From Pseudomonadota bacterium (GTDB taxonomy: Bacteria > Pseudomonadota > Alphaproteobacteria > Rhodobacterales > Rhodobacteraceae), in contig JBCDFD010000001.1 in assembly GCA_039178645.1 (NCBI GenBank), positions 1-56,327 on the forward strand: DNA of 56,327 nt, written 5' to 3'. Below, piece by piece: positions 18,659 through 29,309 of this stretch. The notes under the pieces are model-generated. The model made no database searches. It saw only the letters and a list, made by a program, of their open reading frames with translations, and had not been told where the DNA came from. Within the stretch, counting starts at the first letter, position 1; each line of letters opens with the position of its first letter. The translations under genes were made by a program, and so were the position numbers.

Positions 18659-19210
18659 ATGCGAACGGCTTCAATTCTGGGTCTGACAGCACTGCTGAGC
18701 GCCTGCGCCAGCGATCCCTCTTTGCTGGTCATCCCGTCCGAGGTGTCTTCAATGACCGTGAGAACGTCGGTGGGAAGCGTGGAAATCGTGGATGTCTCGC
18801 TACCGGTGTATGCGGAAACAGACTCTGTGGTGTTGCCCGGCGATGACGGCTTGTCGGAAAACCTGTCCGGCGTGGTCTGGGCCGACACGCTGGAGCGGTC
18901 GCTGACATCGGGCCTGATGCGCAATCTCTCTGCCATCACCGGTGCTCAAGTTGCGCCCGAGCCGTGGCCCTTGGCGAGCCAGCCTGACGCAGAGATTACC
19001 GTTTGGGTGGATGAAATCCGCGTGACCGAAACGACGATGGTGCAAATGGCCGGTCAGTTCGCCGTCTACCAAGCGGACGCGCCGCGCGGCGGATTGGTGC
19101 AACGGTTCGACCTCACCGTTCCATTGCCCAACACTTCGAACCAGGCCCTCTCTCAAGCCTACGGAACACTTTGGCGCCTATTGGCCGAACGCGTCGCCAC
19201 CGCCATTTGA
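18659..19210 (+). CDS. pqiC: PqiC-like lipoprotein
   Basis: Lipobox LLSAC; LP.YA and WAD.L motifs; follows pqiB. Confidence 0.8.
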   Translation: MRTASILGLTALLSACASDPSLLVIPSEVSSMTVRTSVGSVEIVDVSLPVYAETDSVVLPGDDGLSENLSGVVWADTLERSLTSGLMRNLSAITGAQVAPEPWPLASQPDAEITVWVDEIRVTETTMVQMAGQFAVYQADAPRGGLVQRFDLTVPLPNTSNQALSQAYGTLWRLLAERVATAI

Positions 19211-19313
19211 CAAGGCCGCCGGGACTGGCGAGGGCAAAGCGTTCTAGCGAAGAGCCCGGTTCAGCTTGGCCGAACCATTGAGGCCATCTCGATCTGAAAC
19301 GACCTGCAAGTGT

Positions 19314-20417
19314 CTATAGCGAGGCATCCAGGGCCGCCAGAACCGCATCGCCCATGCCGGAGGTCGACACGGGATCGACACCTTCTTCACCCAGCAGGTC
19401 CGCGGTTCTCACACCTTGGGCCAAAACAGTTTCCACAGCGGTTTCCAACCGATCCGCTTCTGCGCCTTGGTCAAACGAATATCGCAACGCCATGGCAAAA
19501 CTCAGGATACAGGCAATTGGGTTGGCTTTGCCTTCGCCCGCAATGTCCGGCGCCGAACCGTGGACCGGTTCGTAGAGCGCCTTGGGACGGCCATTGTCCA
19601 TCGGGGCACCGAGGCTGGCAGATGGCAGCATTCCAAGCGATCCGGTGAGCATGGCCGCCGCATCAGACAGCAGGTCGCCAAAAAGATTGTCCGTGACAAT
19701 GACGTCAAACTGCTTGGGCCAGCGGCAAAGCTGCATCGCGCCCGCGTCGGCGTACATATGGCTGAGTTCCACATCGGGGTAATCCTCGGCCACCTTGGTC
19801 ACGACTTCTCGCCACAGAATACCGGATTCCATCACATTGGCCTTTTCCATGGAGCACACTTTGTTGCCCCGGCGCATGGCCAATTCGAAAGCGGACCGCG
19901 CCACACGGTCTATTTCGGATTCTGTGTAGCGTTGGGTGTTTATGCCCACCCTTTCGTTGCCTTCGGGGATGATCCCGCGCGGCTCGCCGACGTAGATGCC
20001 CGACGTGAGTTCTCGCACGATCATGATGTCCAAACCGGCGACAACATCCTTTTTCAAAGACGAAAAATCGGCGAGCGCATCAAAGCATTGGGCGGGTCTC
20101 AGGTTGGCGAAAAGGTCCATTTCCTTGCGCAAACGGAGCAGGCCGCGTTCAGGCTTTACAGAGAAATCCAGATCGTCGTACTTCGGGCCACCGACTGCTC
20201 CGAGGAGCACCGCATCCACCTCTTGCGCCTTTGCCATTGTCGCGTCGGACAGAGGTACACCGTGCGCATCGTAGGCCGCGCCGCCCACCAGGTCTTCGGT
20301 CACATCAAACGCAAGGTCGCGCTTGGCTCCAAACCAATCGATGATCCGGCGCACTTCCGCCATCACCTCTGGGCCAATGCCGTCCCCGGCGAGGATCAAA
20401 AGGGTGGGATTGGACAT
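19314..20417 (-). CDS. leuB: 3-isopropylmalate dehydrogenase
   Basis: [37 protein letters not shown] and [10 protein letters not shown] motifs. Confidence 0.97.
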   Translation of the reverse strand: MSNPTLLILAGDGIGPEVMAEVRRIIDWFGAKRDLAFDVTEDLVGGAAYDAHGVPLSDATMAKAQEVDAVLLGAVGGPKYDDLDFSVKPERGLLRLRKEMDLFANLRPAQCFDALADFSSLKKDVVAGLDIMIVRELTSGIYVGEPRGIIPEGNERVGINTQRYTESEIDRVARSAFELAMRRGNKVCSMEKANVMESGILWREVVTKVAEDYPDVELSHMYADAGAMQLCRWPKQFDVIVTDNLFGDLLSDAAAMLTGSLGMLPSASLGAPMDNGRPKALYEPVHGSAPDIAGEGKANPIACILSFAMALRYSFDQGAEADRLETAVETVLAQGVRTADLLGEEGVDPVSTSGMGDAVLAALDASL

Positions 20418-20496
20418 GGCGACCGGCCTCCTTCTTGCGATGCATGCCGCGCCTAGCTTGCACAGTGAATAGGGTCAAGCGGATGCCAGCAAGGGC

Positions 20497-21630
20497 CTAT
20501 TGGGACAGGTCAGTCGTTTCAGCCGCAGGCATCGCAATGTCCACCCAAACCAGCCGGTGGCGACTTGCGTTGACCTTTTCGAAAGGCACCGCAGGGTTAG
20601 GGTCTGACGCAGAAGGCCAGATAACACCTGTGTCCAACACATTCAGCCGTGCGTCTGGAATGACGTAATCCACGCGCAGATTACCACTCTGCACATCTTC
20701 GGCCCAATCGACTGTGTCGGTTGAGCGCCCCTGGTCCGCAGCACCTACACTCTTGGGTTCTGGGTCTTGGGTGCGCGGATCGTCGAGCAAAGCACGAATT
20801 GCGTCATGGCGTCCTTCTCCAAGGACAGGATCAATGTTGGCTGTGCCTAAGATGACGAACGGGTTTTCGCTTGGCTCATGCTCAAGCGCACCATCGAGGT
20901 ACCGCTGCCAGAATGCGACCTCGTCGGCGGCGCGCAAGCCATTGCGGTCTTCGGGACCATCAAACACCGGTGGACTCCCGTGGAACGCCCAAAGGTGAAT
21001 CCGGTCCCCATCGGGTAGCACAACCGGCACGTCCCAGTGCCCAACTGTGCTTAACCGGAGCTCGTCCAAAACCTCCGCGGGCCAAAACGGATCATCCCCG
21101 TTTTGAGGCAATCGCGCATTTGGCAAGTCGCGCCAAAGCAACTCAGAAAAGTCTCGCACATCTTCGGCAACAAAGGGGAACCGTGATAGGATCGCCATGC
21201 CGTTTTGCCCAGCGAAAGCGCCAAAACTCTGCGAATCCTCGGGTTCACCAGCCCGCCCATCGCGGTCAATATCCATTCCGGTGAACCGCCCCGTGTTGGG
21301 TCGGCGCGCAAAAACATGCGGGTACGCGTGCGGTCCAAGCAATCCATTGAACGCCACCAGCGCCGCAAGGCCGTGATCATAATCGAACCGCGTGAGCAGG
21401 AGGATGTCCGCGTCAGCGGCGCGTACCACATGCGCCACACCCTCGATATCGTCGGCACCATTGAGGATGTCCCGCAACAGCAGGCCCGGTCCATCCCGAT
21501 CCAATTCAGTGTTGTACATGGCCACGCGCAGCGCGTCCGCCTTGGCCGGACAGGTTGCAGCCCAAACCAAGCCAAAGGCGATCCCAAACCCCAGGGAAAT
21601 CCCAAACAGAAATGCGCGGCCCAAATGCAT
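20497..21630 (-). CDS. Endonuclease/exonuclease/phosphatase family secreted protein
   Basis: YNTEL, HWDVPV, PPVFDGPEDRNG, LRVDYV and ASRHRLVWVD motifs. Confidence 0.85.
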   Translation of the reverse strand: MHLGRAFLFGISLGFGIAFGLVWAATCPAKADALRVAMYNTELDRDGPGLLLRDILNGADDIEGVAHVVRAADADILLLTRFDYDHGLAALVAFNGLLGPHAYPHVFARRPNTGRFTGMDIDRDGRAGEPEDSQSFGAFAGQNGMAILSRFPFVAEDVRDFSELLWRDLPNARLPQNGDDPFWPAEVLDELRLSTVGHWDVPVVLPDGDRIHLWAFHGSPPVFDGPEDRNGLRAADEVAFWQRYLDGALEHEPSENPFVILGTANIDPVLGEGRHDAIRALLDDPRTQDPEPKSVGAADQGRSTDTVDWAEDVQSGNLRVDYVIPDARLNVLDTGVIWPSASDPNPAVPFEKVNASRHRLVWVDIAMPAAETTDLSQ

Positions 21631-21691
21631 GGACTGAGACCTGCACGGGTTTGGTTAAAGTTGGATTACCTGCGACGCCAAGCGCCGTCGC

Positions 21692-22297
21692 TCAAACCCA
21701 CGGTCGGTCGGCAGTGACCTTAGCTTCAAACGCATCGATCGCGGCAGCCTTCTCCAAAGTCTGCCCGATGTCGTCCAGACCGTTAATAAGACAATGCTTG
21801 CGGTGGGCGTCCACATCGAAACTGATCTCGCCCCCATCAGGTCCTTTGATCACCTGATTTTCCAAATCCACAGTGATGACTGCGTTGGCACCGCGCGATG
21901 CATCATCCATCAGCTTGTCCACATCTTCCTGCGGCAAAACGATGGGGAGGATCCCGTTCTTGAAACAGTTGTTGTAGAAAATATCAGCGAAACTGGTGGA
22001 AATCACCACGCGAATCCCAAAATCCAAAAGCGCCCAGGGGGCGTGTTCGCGCGACGACCCACAACCAAAGTTATCTCCGGCCACGATGATCTGTGCGTCC
22101 CGATATTGGGGTTGGTTCAAAACGAAATCGGGGATCTCCTTACCGTCTGCATCATAGCGCATCTCGTCGAACAAGTTCACACCCAAGCCAGACCGTTTGA
22201 TGGTCTTTAGGAACTGCTTGGGAATAATCATGTCGGTGTCGATGTTCATGAGCGGCATGGGGGCCGCAACACCTGTGAGTGTGGTGAACTTATCCAT
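21692..22297 (-). CDS. leuD: 3-isopropylmalate dehydratase small subunit
   Basis: [28 protein letters not shown] and NGLDDIG motifs. Confidence 0.97.
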   Translation of the reverse strand: MDKFTTLTGVAAPMPLMNIDTDMIIPKQFLKTIKRSGLGVNLFDEMRYDADGKEIPDFVLNQPQYRDAQIIVAGDNFGCGSSREHAPWALLDFGIRVVISTSFADIFYNNCFKNGILPIVLPQEDVDKLMDDASRGANAVITVDLENQVIKGPDGGEISFDVDAHRKHCLINGLDDIGQTLEKAAAIDAFEAKVTADRPWV

Positions 22298-22478
22298 CTC
22301 TGTCCCCTTTGCCTGATCCAACGGCGTGCGTGTACCCTCACCCAATGGGTTTCGCAAGCTGGCCGCGCCGCAGTGGCACCGTCCAATGAAAACGTCCAAA
22401 ACCAGACTGAGCGTTCCCACCAAGCGCCAGTATGTCTCACGGGCCCCACAGGGGTCCGTTCATTTTAATAACCCAACG

Positions 22479-23465
22479 TCAGGCCCGAAGGCCGAGCGCC
22501 TCCAGCACTTCCGCCGCCGCTGCTTCCGGGCTTCGGGTGCCCGCGGCCACCGCATCAGCCAGAACGCCCTGCCGGGCTACCAGCGAAGGGTCATCGCTCA
22601 GCCGGGCCAACAGACCTTGGTGCAGTTCTTCCCGAAACCAGTGCCGTGCCTGATCAGAGCGACGTCGCTCCCACCACCCGTAATCCTTCCGCCAAGCCAG
22701 CAAGGTCTGCATCTCCTCCCAGGCCTCAGACAACCCGGTTTCAGCCATGGCCGACACCATCAGCGCCTTTGGGAACCCTTCGGGATCGTGAGGGCGCTTG
22801 CGCAGCAAACGCAGGGCACCGGCATAGTCCGCGCAGGTGCGCGTCGCCACAGGCAGAAAATCGCCATCGGCCTTGTTCACCAAGAGAATGTCCGCAATTT
22901 CCATGATCCCGCGTTTCACGCCCTGCAGTTCGTCACCGCCCGCTGGTGCCATCAGCAGCAGGAACAGATCGCACATTTCGGCGACCATTGTCTCAGATTG
23001 CCCCACCCCCACGGTCTCGATCAGAACCACATCGTAGCCCGCCGCTTCGCACAGGCTCACCGCCTCCCGCGTCCGGCGCGCCACACCTCCCAAATGGGTC
23101 TGCGAAGGCGAGGGTCGGATAAAGGCACTCCGGTCACGGCTGAGCCGTTCCATCCGGGTCTTGTCGCCCAAAATCGACCCACCAGAGCGCGCGGAACTGG
23201 GGTCCACGGCCAGAACCGCCACCTTGAGCCCCTGCCCGGTCAGCATTATCCCAAAGGCTTCGATGAACGTGGATTTCCCCACGCCGGGTGTCCCCGACAG
23301 GCCGATACGCATGGCCTGACGACCTTCGCTCCGGACCCTGTCCAACAGAGCATTGGCCGCTGCCCGATGGTCTGCCCGGCCGCTTTCTATCAGCGTGATC
23401 GCACGGGCCAAGGCACGCCGGTCGCCTGCCAACACACCGGGGGCGAGATCTATGGGGGCAGCCAT
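22479..23465 (-). CDS. meaB: Methylmalonyl-CoA mutase-associated GTPase MeaB
   Basis: [45 protein letters not shown] and NKAD motifs. Confidence 0.95.
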   Translation of the reverse strand: MAAPIDLAPGVLAGDRRALARAITLIESGRADHRAAANALLDRVRSEGRQAMRIGLSGTPGVGKSTFIEAFGIMLTGQGLKVAVLAVDPSSARSGGSILGDKTRMERLSRDRSAFIRPSPSQTHLGGVARRTREAVSLCEAAGYDVVLIETVGVGQSETMVAEMCDLFLLLMAPAGGDELQGVKRGIMEIADILLVNKADGDFLPVATRTCADYAGALRLLRKRPHDPEGFPKALMVSAMAETGLSEAWEEMQTLLAWRKDYGWWERRRSDQARHWFREELHQGLLARLSDDPSLVARQGVLADAVAAGTRSPEAAAAEVLEALGLRA

Positions 23466-23542
23466 GGGTTGAGCTCCGTACTCAATGGATCACCGAAACG
23501 TGGGGCGTTTACTGCCCCGCGGGGGATCAGTAAAGCAAGGTC

Positions 23543-24286
23543 ATGGCGGTGCACCACATGACATATTTCACGCGCGGGCTGCTTTGGGGCGCTTTGGTGT
23601 TGGGGTGTTTTCCGACATTTTCGTGGGCCGCGGACGAAACGGGAACCTTCGATGTCACCATCCGGGGCTTACGCGCAGGGACATTGTCCTATTCCGCAAA
23701 CTTCACGGAAACTGCCTATGCCGTGTCGGGGGCCGTGCGCGCCGCAGGGATTGCGTCGGTGGCGCTGGATGATGCGCGGCTCGATACCGAAGTCACAGGC
23801 AGGCTTTCCGGCAACCGCTACACCCCAGGCACGTACAGGGAGGTGAACAGGCGCGGTGGCGAAACTATCACTAAAACATTGGCCTACTCCGGTGGCGTGC
23901 CCACTGCCACGCGCAACCCGCCACGCAACCGGGCCGAACGCTATCCTGTCACCAATTTCGACACGCGCGGCTCGGCGGACCCGCTGACCACCGCCTTCGC
24001 CATTTTGCGTGACCGGCCCACAGCTTTGGCCTGTGACCTGGATATCAACGTGTTCGACGGGCGCCGGGTGTCCAATTTGCGGATGAAGACCAAGCAAACC
24101 ACAGAGGACGGTGAGATTGTGTGCCAGGGCGAATATCGCCGGAAAGCGGGCTTTTCCCCGGACGACTTGGCCGAAAAACCGGTCTGGCCCTTCACCGTGA
24201 TCTACCAAGACATGGGCGACAGTTGGCGCGTGAACGAAGTGCAGGTGCCCACCACATTTGGCCGCATCCGCATGCGTCGACGCTAG
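23543..24286 (+). CDS. DUF3108-like exported protein
   Basis: Signal peptide; DPLT and C...VFDGRR pattern; C-terminal T.FG; upstream of hrpB. Confidence 0.65.
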   Translation: MAVHHMTYFTRGLLWGALVLGCFPTFSWAADETGTFDVTIRGLRAGTLSYSANFTETAYAVSGAVRAAGIASVALDDARLDTEVTGRLSGNRYTPGTYREVNRRGGETITKTLAYSGGVPTATRNPPRNRAERYPVTNFDTRGSADPLTTAFAILRDRPTALACDLDINVFDGRRVSNLRMKTKQTTEDGEIVCQGEYRRKAGFSPDDLAEKPVWPFTVIYQDMGDSWRVNEVQVPTTFGRIRMRRR

Positions 24287-24298
24287 GTCCGACGCGCC

Positions 24299-26758
24299 GT
24301 GTCACACCTCCGTTTGCCCATCGACGATGTTCTGCCCGAGGTGCGCGCGGCGCTTGGCCAAAACGGTCGTGCGGTCGTACAAGCCCCGCCGGGGGCGGGG
24401 AAAACGACGCGAGTTCCGCTCGATCTCTTGGGCAGCGGTCAAGTGGATGGCCGGATCATCCTGCTGGAACCCCGTCGCCTCGCTGCCCGCGCCGCCGCTG
24501 AGCGCATGGCGCAAACCCTGGGGGAACCGGTGGGGCACACCGTGGGCTACCGCGTGCGGGGCGATAACAAAGTGTCCAAGTCCACGCGCATTGAAGTAGT
24601 CACAGAAGGCATCCTCACCCGCGCGCTGCAATCGGACCCGGAGCTGCCGGGAGTGGGCCTGGTGATTTTCGACGAGTTTCACCAACGTTCGCTCCAAGCG
24701 GACCTGGGGCTCGCGCTGGTTTGGGAAGTTCGGCAGACCCTGCGCGAAGACCTGAACATCCTGGTCATGTCCGCCACTCTTGACGCAGAACCCGTAGCTG
24801 CACTGCTCGACGACGCGCCCATTGTCACGTCCGAAGGCCGCGCCTTCCCAGTGGAAACCCGATGGCGTGCCAGTCCAAAACCATCGCGCAGTCGGGTTGA
24901 GCCTTTGGTCGCCGACACAGTGGGCGACGCGCTGGAAAGTACCGAGGGCGGTGTCCTGGTCTTCCTTCCGGGTGAAGGTGAAATCCGACGGATGGAAAGC
25001 TTACTGCAAGCGCGCATCCCAGCCCACGTGGACCTGCGGCCGCTGTTTGGGGCGATGGACCTCAAGGCCCAGCGCGCCGCGGTGGCACCGTCGCCGCAAG
25101 GGCGGCGCAAAGTGGTCCTGTCCACCTCCATCGCCGAAACATCACTGACCATCGAAGACGTGCGTGTCGTGGTGGATGCGGGCTTGGCCCGCCGCGCCAG
25201 GTTTGATCCCGGCAGTGGTATGTCCAAACTGGTGACCGAGAAAGTCACCAAGGCCGAAGCCGAACAACGTCGGGGGCGCGGGGGCCGGGTCGCTCCGGGC
25301 GTGTGTTATCGCCTATGGACCAAGGGAGAAGAGGGTGGGCTGCTCGCCTTCCCCCCCCCTGAGATCGCCGCCGCCGACCTGACCGGTCTTGCGTTGGAAC
25401 TGGCGCAATGGGGCTCGGACCCGCAGGACTTGGCATTTCTAACGCAACCCCCGGAGGGTGCGCTGAAAGAGGCGCGCAGCTTGCTGACGTCCTTGGGAAT
25501 TCTGGATCTGAGTGGGCGGATCACCGACCATGGGGGCGCTGTGGCACGGCTCCCGGTGCATCCGCGTTTGGGACATATGCTTGTCTCTGGGGGCGCAGGC
25601 GCGGCGGACTTGGCGGCACTGCTATCAGACAAAGACCCCGTGAGAGGGGCCGGTGTGGACCTGAATCTGCGGCTTGCTGCGATCCGAGACCCAAAGACCT
25701 TCGCTAAAAAACGCGGCGACATTGCCAATCGAGGCGGCCTGGAGCGCATCCGCGCGGAGGCGAAACGGCTGCGATCTTTGAGCCCTAAGGCGCAACCTGC
25801 GCTGAACTTGGCGGAACTGGCGGCCCTTGCTTATCCAGACCGCATCGGCCTGCGCCGCAAAGGGGATGACCCACGATGGTTGATGTCAGGCGGCAAAGGC
25901 GCGACCATGGATGCCCATGACCCGCTGGCCAATGCCCGGCTGATCGTGGCCACAGACCTGGACGGCGATGCGCGCGAAGCCAAGGTTCGTCAAGCGGTTG
26001 AGATCACCGAGGCGGAGGTCCGCAGCCTGTACGCGGATCAAATCGAAACCGTACAGGTGTGCCACTGGGTGAAGCGGGACCGCAAGGTGGAAGCGCGTAT
26101 CCAAGACCGGCTAGGGGCTTTGGTGCTCACCGACCGGATATGGAAAGACGTGCCCGAAGATGCTGTGGCCGCAGCGGCGCTAGAGGGCGTTCGGACCTTG
26201 GGGTTGCAAGCAGTGAAGCCGTCAAAGGCATTCCAGCTTCTGCGCGCGCGTTTGGCGCTCGCCCGAGCGGCAATGTCGGACATGCCAGACCCGTCTGAAG
26301 TCGCGCTCTTGGAGCGAGCCGAAGACTGGTTGCTGCCCTACCTGGGCCGAGCAAAATCGGCGGCTGATCTGAAATCCATCGACCCTGCCCCAGCCTTGGC
26401 TGCGCGGCTCGGCTGGGAACAATCCCAAGCGCTGGATTGTCTTGCCCCCCCGCACTACCGGACGCCGCTGGGTCGGTCGGTTCCCATCGACTATGGCGGT
26501 GACGAACCGGAGGTGAGCCTGAGACTACAGGAGGTTTTTGGCGAAACGCGCCACCCGAAAGTGGGCGGGCGACCTTTGCGCATGGTTTTGCTGTCTCCTG
26601 CCGGGCGTCCGGTGCAAGTGACCATGGACCTGCCGGGCTTCTGGGCCAGCAGCTACGCCGACGTGCGCAAGGACATGCGAGGGCGATACCCAAAGCATCC
26701 CTGGCCCGAGGACCCGACACAGGCGGACCCAACCTTGCGAGCGAAGCGCCGGTCCTGA
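24299..26758 (+). CDS. hrpB: ATP-dependent helicase HrpB
   Basis: APPGAGKTT, DEFH, MSATL, TSIAETSLTI, QRRGRGGR, LLSPA.RP and RGRYPKHPWP motifs. Confidence 0.96.
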   Translation: MSHLRLPIDDVLPEVRAALGQNGRAVVQAPPGAGKTTRVPLDLLGSGQVDGRIILLEPRRLAARAAAERMAQTLGEPVGHTVGYRVRGDNKVSKSTRIEVVTEGILTRALQSDPELPGVGLVIFDEFHQRSLQADLGLALVWEVRQTLREDLNILVMSATLDAEPVAALLDDAPIVTSEGRAFPVETRWRASPKPSRSRVEPLVADTVGDALESTEGGVLVFLPGEGEIRRMESLLQARIPAHVDLRPLFGAMDLKAQRAAVAPSPQGRRKVVLSTSIAETSLTIEDVRVVVDAGLARRARFDPGSGMSKLVTEKVTKAEAEQRRGRGGRVAPGVCYRLWTKGEEGGLLAFPPPEIAAADLTGLALELAQWGSDPQDLAFLTQPPEGALKEARSLLTSLGILDLSGRITDHGGAVARLPVHPRLGHMLVSGGAGAADLAALLSDKDPVRGAGVDLNLRLAAIRDPKTFAKKRGDIANRGGLERIRAEAKRLRSLSPKAQPALNLAELAALAYPDRIGLRRKGDDPRWLMSGGKGATMDAHDPLANARLIVATDLDGDAREAKVRQAVEITEAEVRSLYADQIETVQVCHWVKRDRKVEARIQDRLGALVLTDRIWKDVPEDAVAAAALEGVRTLGLQAVKPSKAFQLLRARLALARAAMSDMPDPSEVALLERAEDWLLPYLGRAKSAADLKSIDPAPALAARLGWEQSQALDCLAPPHYRTPLGRSVPIDYGGDEPEVSLRLQEVFGETRHPKVGGRPLRMVLLSPAGRPVQVTMDLPGFWASSYADVRKDMRGRYPKHPWPEDPTQADPTLRAKRRS

Positions 26759-26784
26759 TGGGCCGGTTTGGGTGGACAGGTCCA

Positions 26785-26808
26785 TTGAGTATTTTTGGAA
26801 CAATGAAG
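26785..26808 (+). repeat. Intergenic REP-like motif, copy 2
   Basis: TTGAGTATTTTTGGAACAATGAAG. Confidence 0.65.
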
Positions 26809-26881
26809 TCCGGGTCGCGCTTTGTGGGTGAGAGGTCGTTGGTGGGGCGGTCAGGGGGCTGTGGGAGGCTAAGCTACGTCC

Positions 26882-28294
26882 ATGTTTCTCAGCGTCTTCG
26901 ATATCTTGAAAATCGGGATTGGCCCGTCGTCCTCGCACACCATGGGTCCCATGGCGGCGGCTGCGCGGTTCCTGGATGATCTGCGTGGTGGGGCGGAGAA
27001 GATTCCCGGCGCGGAGGAACTGACTGCTGTGTCAGCCACGCTGCATGGGTCTTTGGCCTTCACTGGGAAAGGGCACGCAACGGACCGGGCGGTGATTCTG
27101 GGGCTGTGTGGCCAGGTGCCTGAGAGTTTCGATGCTGACCTTGCAGAGCAACAGATGGTTGCGGTTGCGCGAGATCACTTGGTCAGACCCAAGGGCCTGC
27201 CGCCGCTGCGGTTTGATCCCGAGGTTGATTTGGTTTTCGACTATGGGGAGGCTTTGCCGTTGCATCCCAATGGCATGGTGCTGCGGGCATTTGATCAGGC
27301 CGGGCGGCCTTACCTAACACAGACATATTACTCGGTCGGCGGTGGCTTTGTGCTGACAGCGGAAGAATTGGCGGCGCAGGACCGATCTACCGCGGCACTG
27401 CACGCGGAAAAGGCGGCGGCTGGCTTCCCCTATCCCTTCGGCTCGGCTTCAGAAATGCTGGCCATGGCGCGGTCCAGTGGACTGTCTGTGGCGGCGATGA
27501 AACGGGCCAATGAGCGTGCCTGTGCGCCTGAGCGGGACCTGGATGCTGAGCTAGATGCCATCTGGGCAGCCATGCGGGATTGTATGGAGCGGGGGTTGAA
27601 CGCCGACGGTGAGTTGCCCGGCGGGTTGCGTGTGCAGCGGCGAGCGGCGGCCATCCATCGGCAGTTGCAAGCGGAGCGGGGCGTGAACCTGGGGCTGCCG
27701 CACACGGTCAATGATTGGCTGTCGGTCTACGCCATGGCGGTGAACGAGGAAAATGCCGCCGGCGGGAAAGTGGTGACCTCGCCCACCAACGGCGCGGCGG
27801 GCGTGGTGCCCGCGGTGATTCGGTACTGGCTAGACCATTGCGTGGGCGCGAGCGAGGCATCGGTGCGCGACTTCCTCCTCGTGGCAGCGGCCATCGGAGG
27901 GTTGATCAAACACCGCGCATCGATCTCAGGGGCCGAAGTGGGCTGCCAAGGGGAGGTCGGATCGGCGGCGGCCATGGCGGCGGCGGGCCTGTGCGCAGTC
28001 ATGGGTGGCACGGCGGAACAAATTGAGAATGCAGCGGAAATTGCGCTGGAGCATCACCTGGGCATGACCTGCGATCCGGCTGGTGGCCTTGTCCAAGTGC
28101 CCTGCATCGAACGCAACGGCCTGGGGGCCATCAAGGCGGTGGCGGCGGCATCCTTGGCCATGCGGGGAACGGGCGCGCATTTCATGCCGCTGGACAATTG
28201 CATCGAAGCCATGCGTCAGACCGGGCGAGACATGGACGTGCGATACAAAGAAACCTCGCAAGGCGGTTTGGCGGTGAACCTGCCCGGCTGTTGA
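26882..28294 (+). CDS. sdaA: L-serine ammonia-lyase (Fe-S dependent)
   Basis: [52 protein letters not shown] and YKETS motifs. Confidence 0.96.
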   Translation: MFLSVFDILKIGIGPSSSHTMGPMAAAARFLDDLRGGAEKIPGAEELTAVSATLHGSLAFTGKGHATDRAVILGLCGQVPESFDADLAEQQMVAVARDHLVRPKGLPPLRFDPEVDLVFDYGEALPLHPNGMVLRAFDQAGRPYLTQTYYSVGGGFVLTAEELAAQDRSTAALHAEKAAAGFPYPFGSASEMLAMARSSGLSVAAMKRANERACAPERDLDAELDAIWAAMRDCMERGLNADGELPGGLRVQRRAAAIHRQLQAERGVNLGLPHTVNDWLSVYAMAVNEENAAGGKVVTSPTNGAAGVVPAVIRYWLDHCVGASEASVRDFLLVAAAIGGLIKHRASISGAEVGCQGEVGSAAAMAAAGLCAVMGGTAEQIENAAEIALEHHLGMTCDPAGGLVQVPCIERNGLGAIKAVAAASLAMRGTGAHFMPLDNCIEAMRQTGRDMDVRYKETSQGGLAVNLPGC

Positions 28295-28320
28295 GGTGGT
28301 TGGAGCGATACATTTAGGCG

Positions 28321-28731
28321 CTACGCCTCTGAATTTGCAGCTTCTTTCGGGCAAGTGTCCGTGACCGGTTTGTCCGTTTCTTGCAAACCAATCCAGGCGT
28401 CCACGGCATCCTGGTCAAAGCCAGCGCGGCGGTCTTCGCCCACCTGCATCAATGGGCGGCGGATCAGGATGGGATCCCCTGAGAGCACCGCAAGCGCTTG
28501 GTCTTCCGTCATTTTTTGAGGCGCAATCTCTCCCGATTTCACGGCCGGAGCGCTTGTGTTGAACCAATCCGCCACGGCCATGTCAGCGAAGAAGGGCCGC
28601 AACGCTTCGGGCGTCCAGGGCTCTTTCAAAAGGTTGCGCACCTCCAACGTGTGGCCAGAGGCCGTGAGCAATTTCTTCTGCCGCGTGTTGGAGATACAGC
28701 CGGGCTTTTCGTAGAAAATCATGTGGGCCAT
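28321..28731 (-). CDS. Nitrogenase-associated ArsC/Spx-family protein
   Basis: FYEKPGC..N.RQK.LL..SGH, WFN..AP.VK.GE and P.LIRRPL..GFD motifs; sigma54 promoter upstream. Confidence 0.85.
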   Translation of the reverse strand: MAHMIFYEKPGCISNTRQKKLLTASGHTLEVRNLLKEPWTPEALRPFFADMAVADWFNTSAPAVKSGEIAPQKMTEDQALAVLSGDPILIRRPLMQVGEDRRAGFDQDAVDAWIGLQETDKPVTDTCPKEAANSEA

Positions 28732-28763
28732 GGGCGGGTGTTCCTTCCTTTGCGAGCAATTTA

Positions 28764-28779
28764 AGCAATCTCCGTGCCA
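28764..28779 (-). promoter_or_regulatory. sigma54 -24/-12 promoter
   Basis: Minus strand TGGCACGGAGATTGCT, a perfect TGGCAC-N5-TTGC, about 30 bp upstream of the ATG. Confidence 0.85.
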
Positions 28780-28819
28780 CGCCAGCGCCGCACAGATACC
28801 AAGCAAACACCGCGCAACT

Positions 28820-28836
28820 GCCTCAAAAATTGAGCA
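28820..28836. promoter_or_regulatory. Palindromic operator, NtrC-like
   Basis: GCCTCAA-AAA-TTGAGCA containing CTCAA-N3-TTGAG. Confidence 0.35.
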
Positions 28837-28880
28837 ATTTTCACTCACGGATAGGCAAAACCATCCGCTGGCAAGGTGCC

Positions 28881-28894
28881 TTGATCCAAGTCAA
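28881..28894. promoter_or_regulatory. FNR/FnrL-type box
   Basis: TTGAT-CCAA-GTCAA. Confidence 0.6.
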
Positions 28895-28985
28895 ACGCCA
28901 AACCCGCCGAGACCGTCCAAACTCGTCGTTGGCCCCAGTCTAACGATCCTTTGGGGCGGATATCCTGGCGGAGAAAGGCGAACAT

Positions 28986-29228
28986 ATGCCCATCTACAAT
29001 TACCGCTGCGCCGCATGCGGGTCTGAATTTGAACTGCTGGTCAAGCTGGCCGATGTTGGGTCAGAGACCTGCCCAAGCTGCGAAAGCACTGATGTTTCAC
29101 GGCTTTTGTCGCTGGTGGCACCCCAGGGGAAGTCGGCAGGAATTATCGCCGCCGGGCGGAAACAGGCGGCGCGTGAGGGGCATTTTTCGCACTATTCCAA
29201 GGCGGAACGGGCGAAGGTGAAAACCTAA
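28986..29228 (+). CDS. FmdB-family zinc-ribbon protein
   Basis: MPIYNYRCAACG..FE and CPSCES motifs. Confidence 0.88.
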   Translation: MPIYNYRCAACGSEFELLVKLADVGSETCPSCESTDVSRLLSLVAPQGKSAGIIAAGRKQAAREGHFSHYSKAERAKVKT

Positions 29229-29259
29229 GCGCCCAGTCCAAAACAGCCTCAAAACCGGT

Positions 29260-29303
29260 GTATGGCAAACGTATGGCATGCGTATGGCAAACGTATGGCT
29301 CCA
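29260..29303 (+). repeat. Tandem 11-bp repeat, 4 copies
   Basis: GTATGGCAAAC GTATGGCATGC GTATGGCAAAC GTATGGCTCCA. Confidence 0.85.
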
Positions 29304-29309
29304 AACTGG

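Noticed and set aside
25351-25359. C9 homopolymer in hrpB as a phase-variation tract
   Set aside because: In frame and encodes a Pro-rich segment of a housekeeping helicase
29260-29303. Possible CRISPR array
   Set aside because: 11-bp units, no unique spacers and no cas genes
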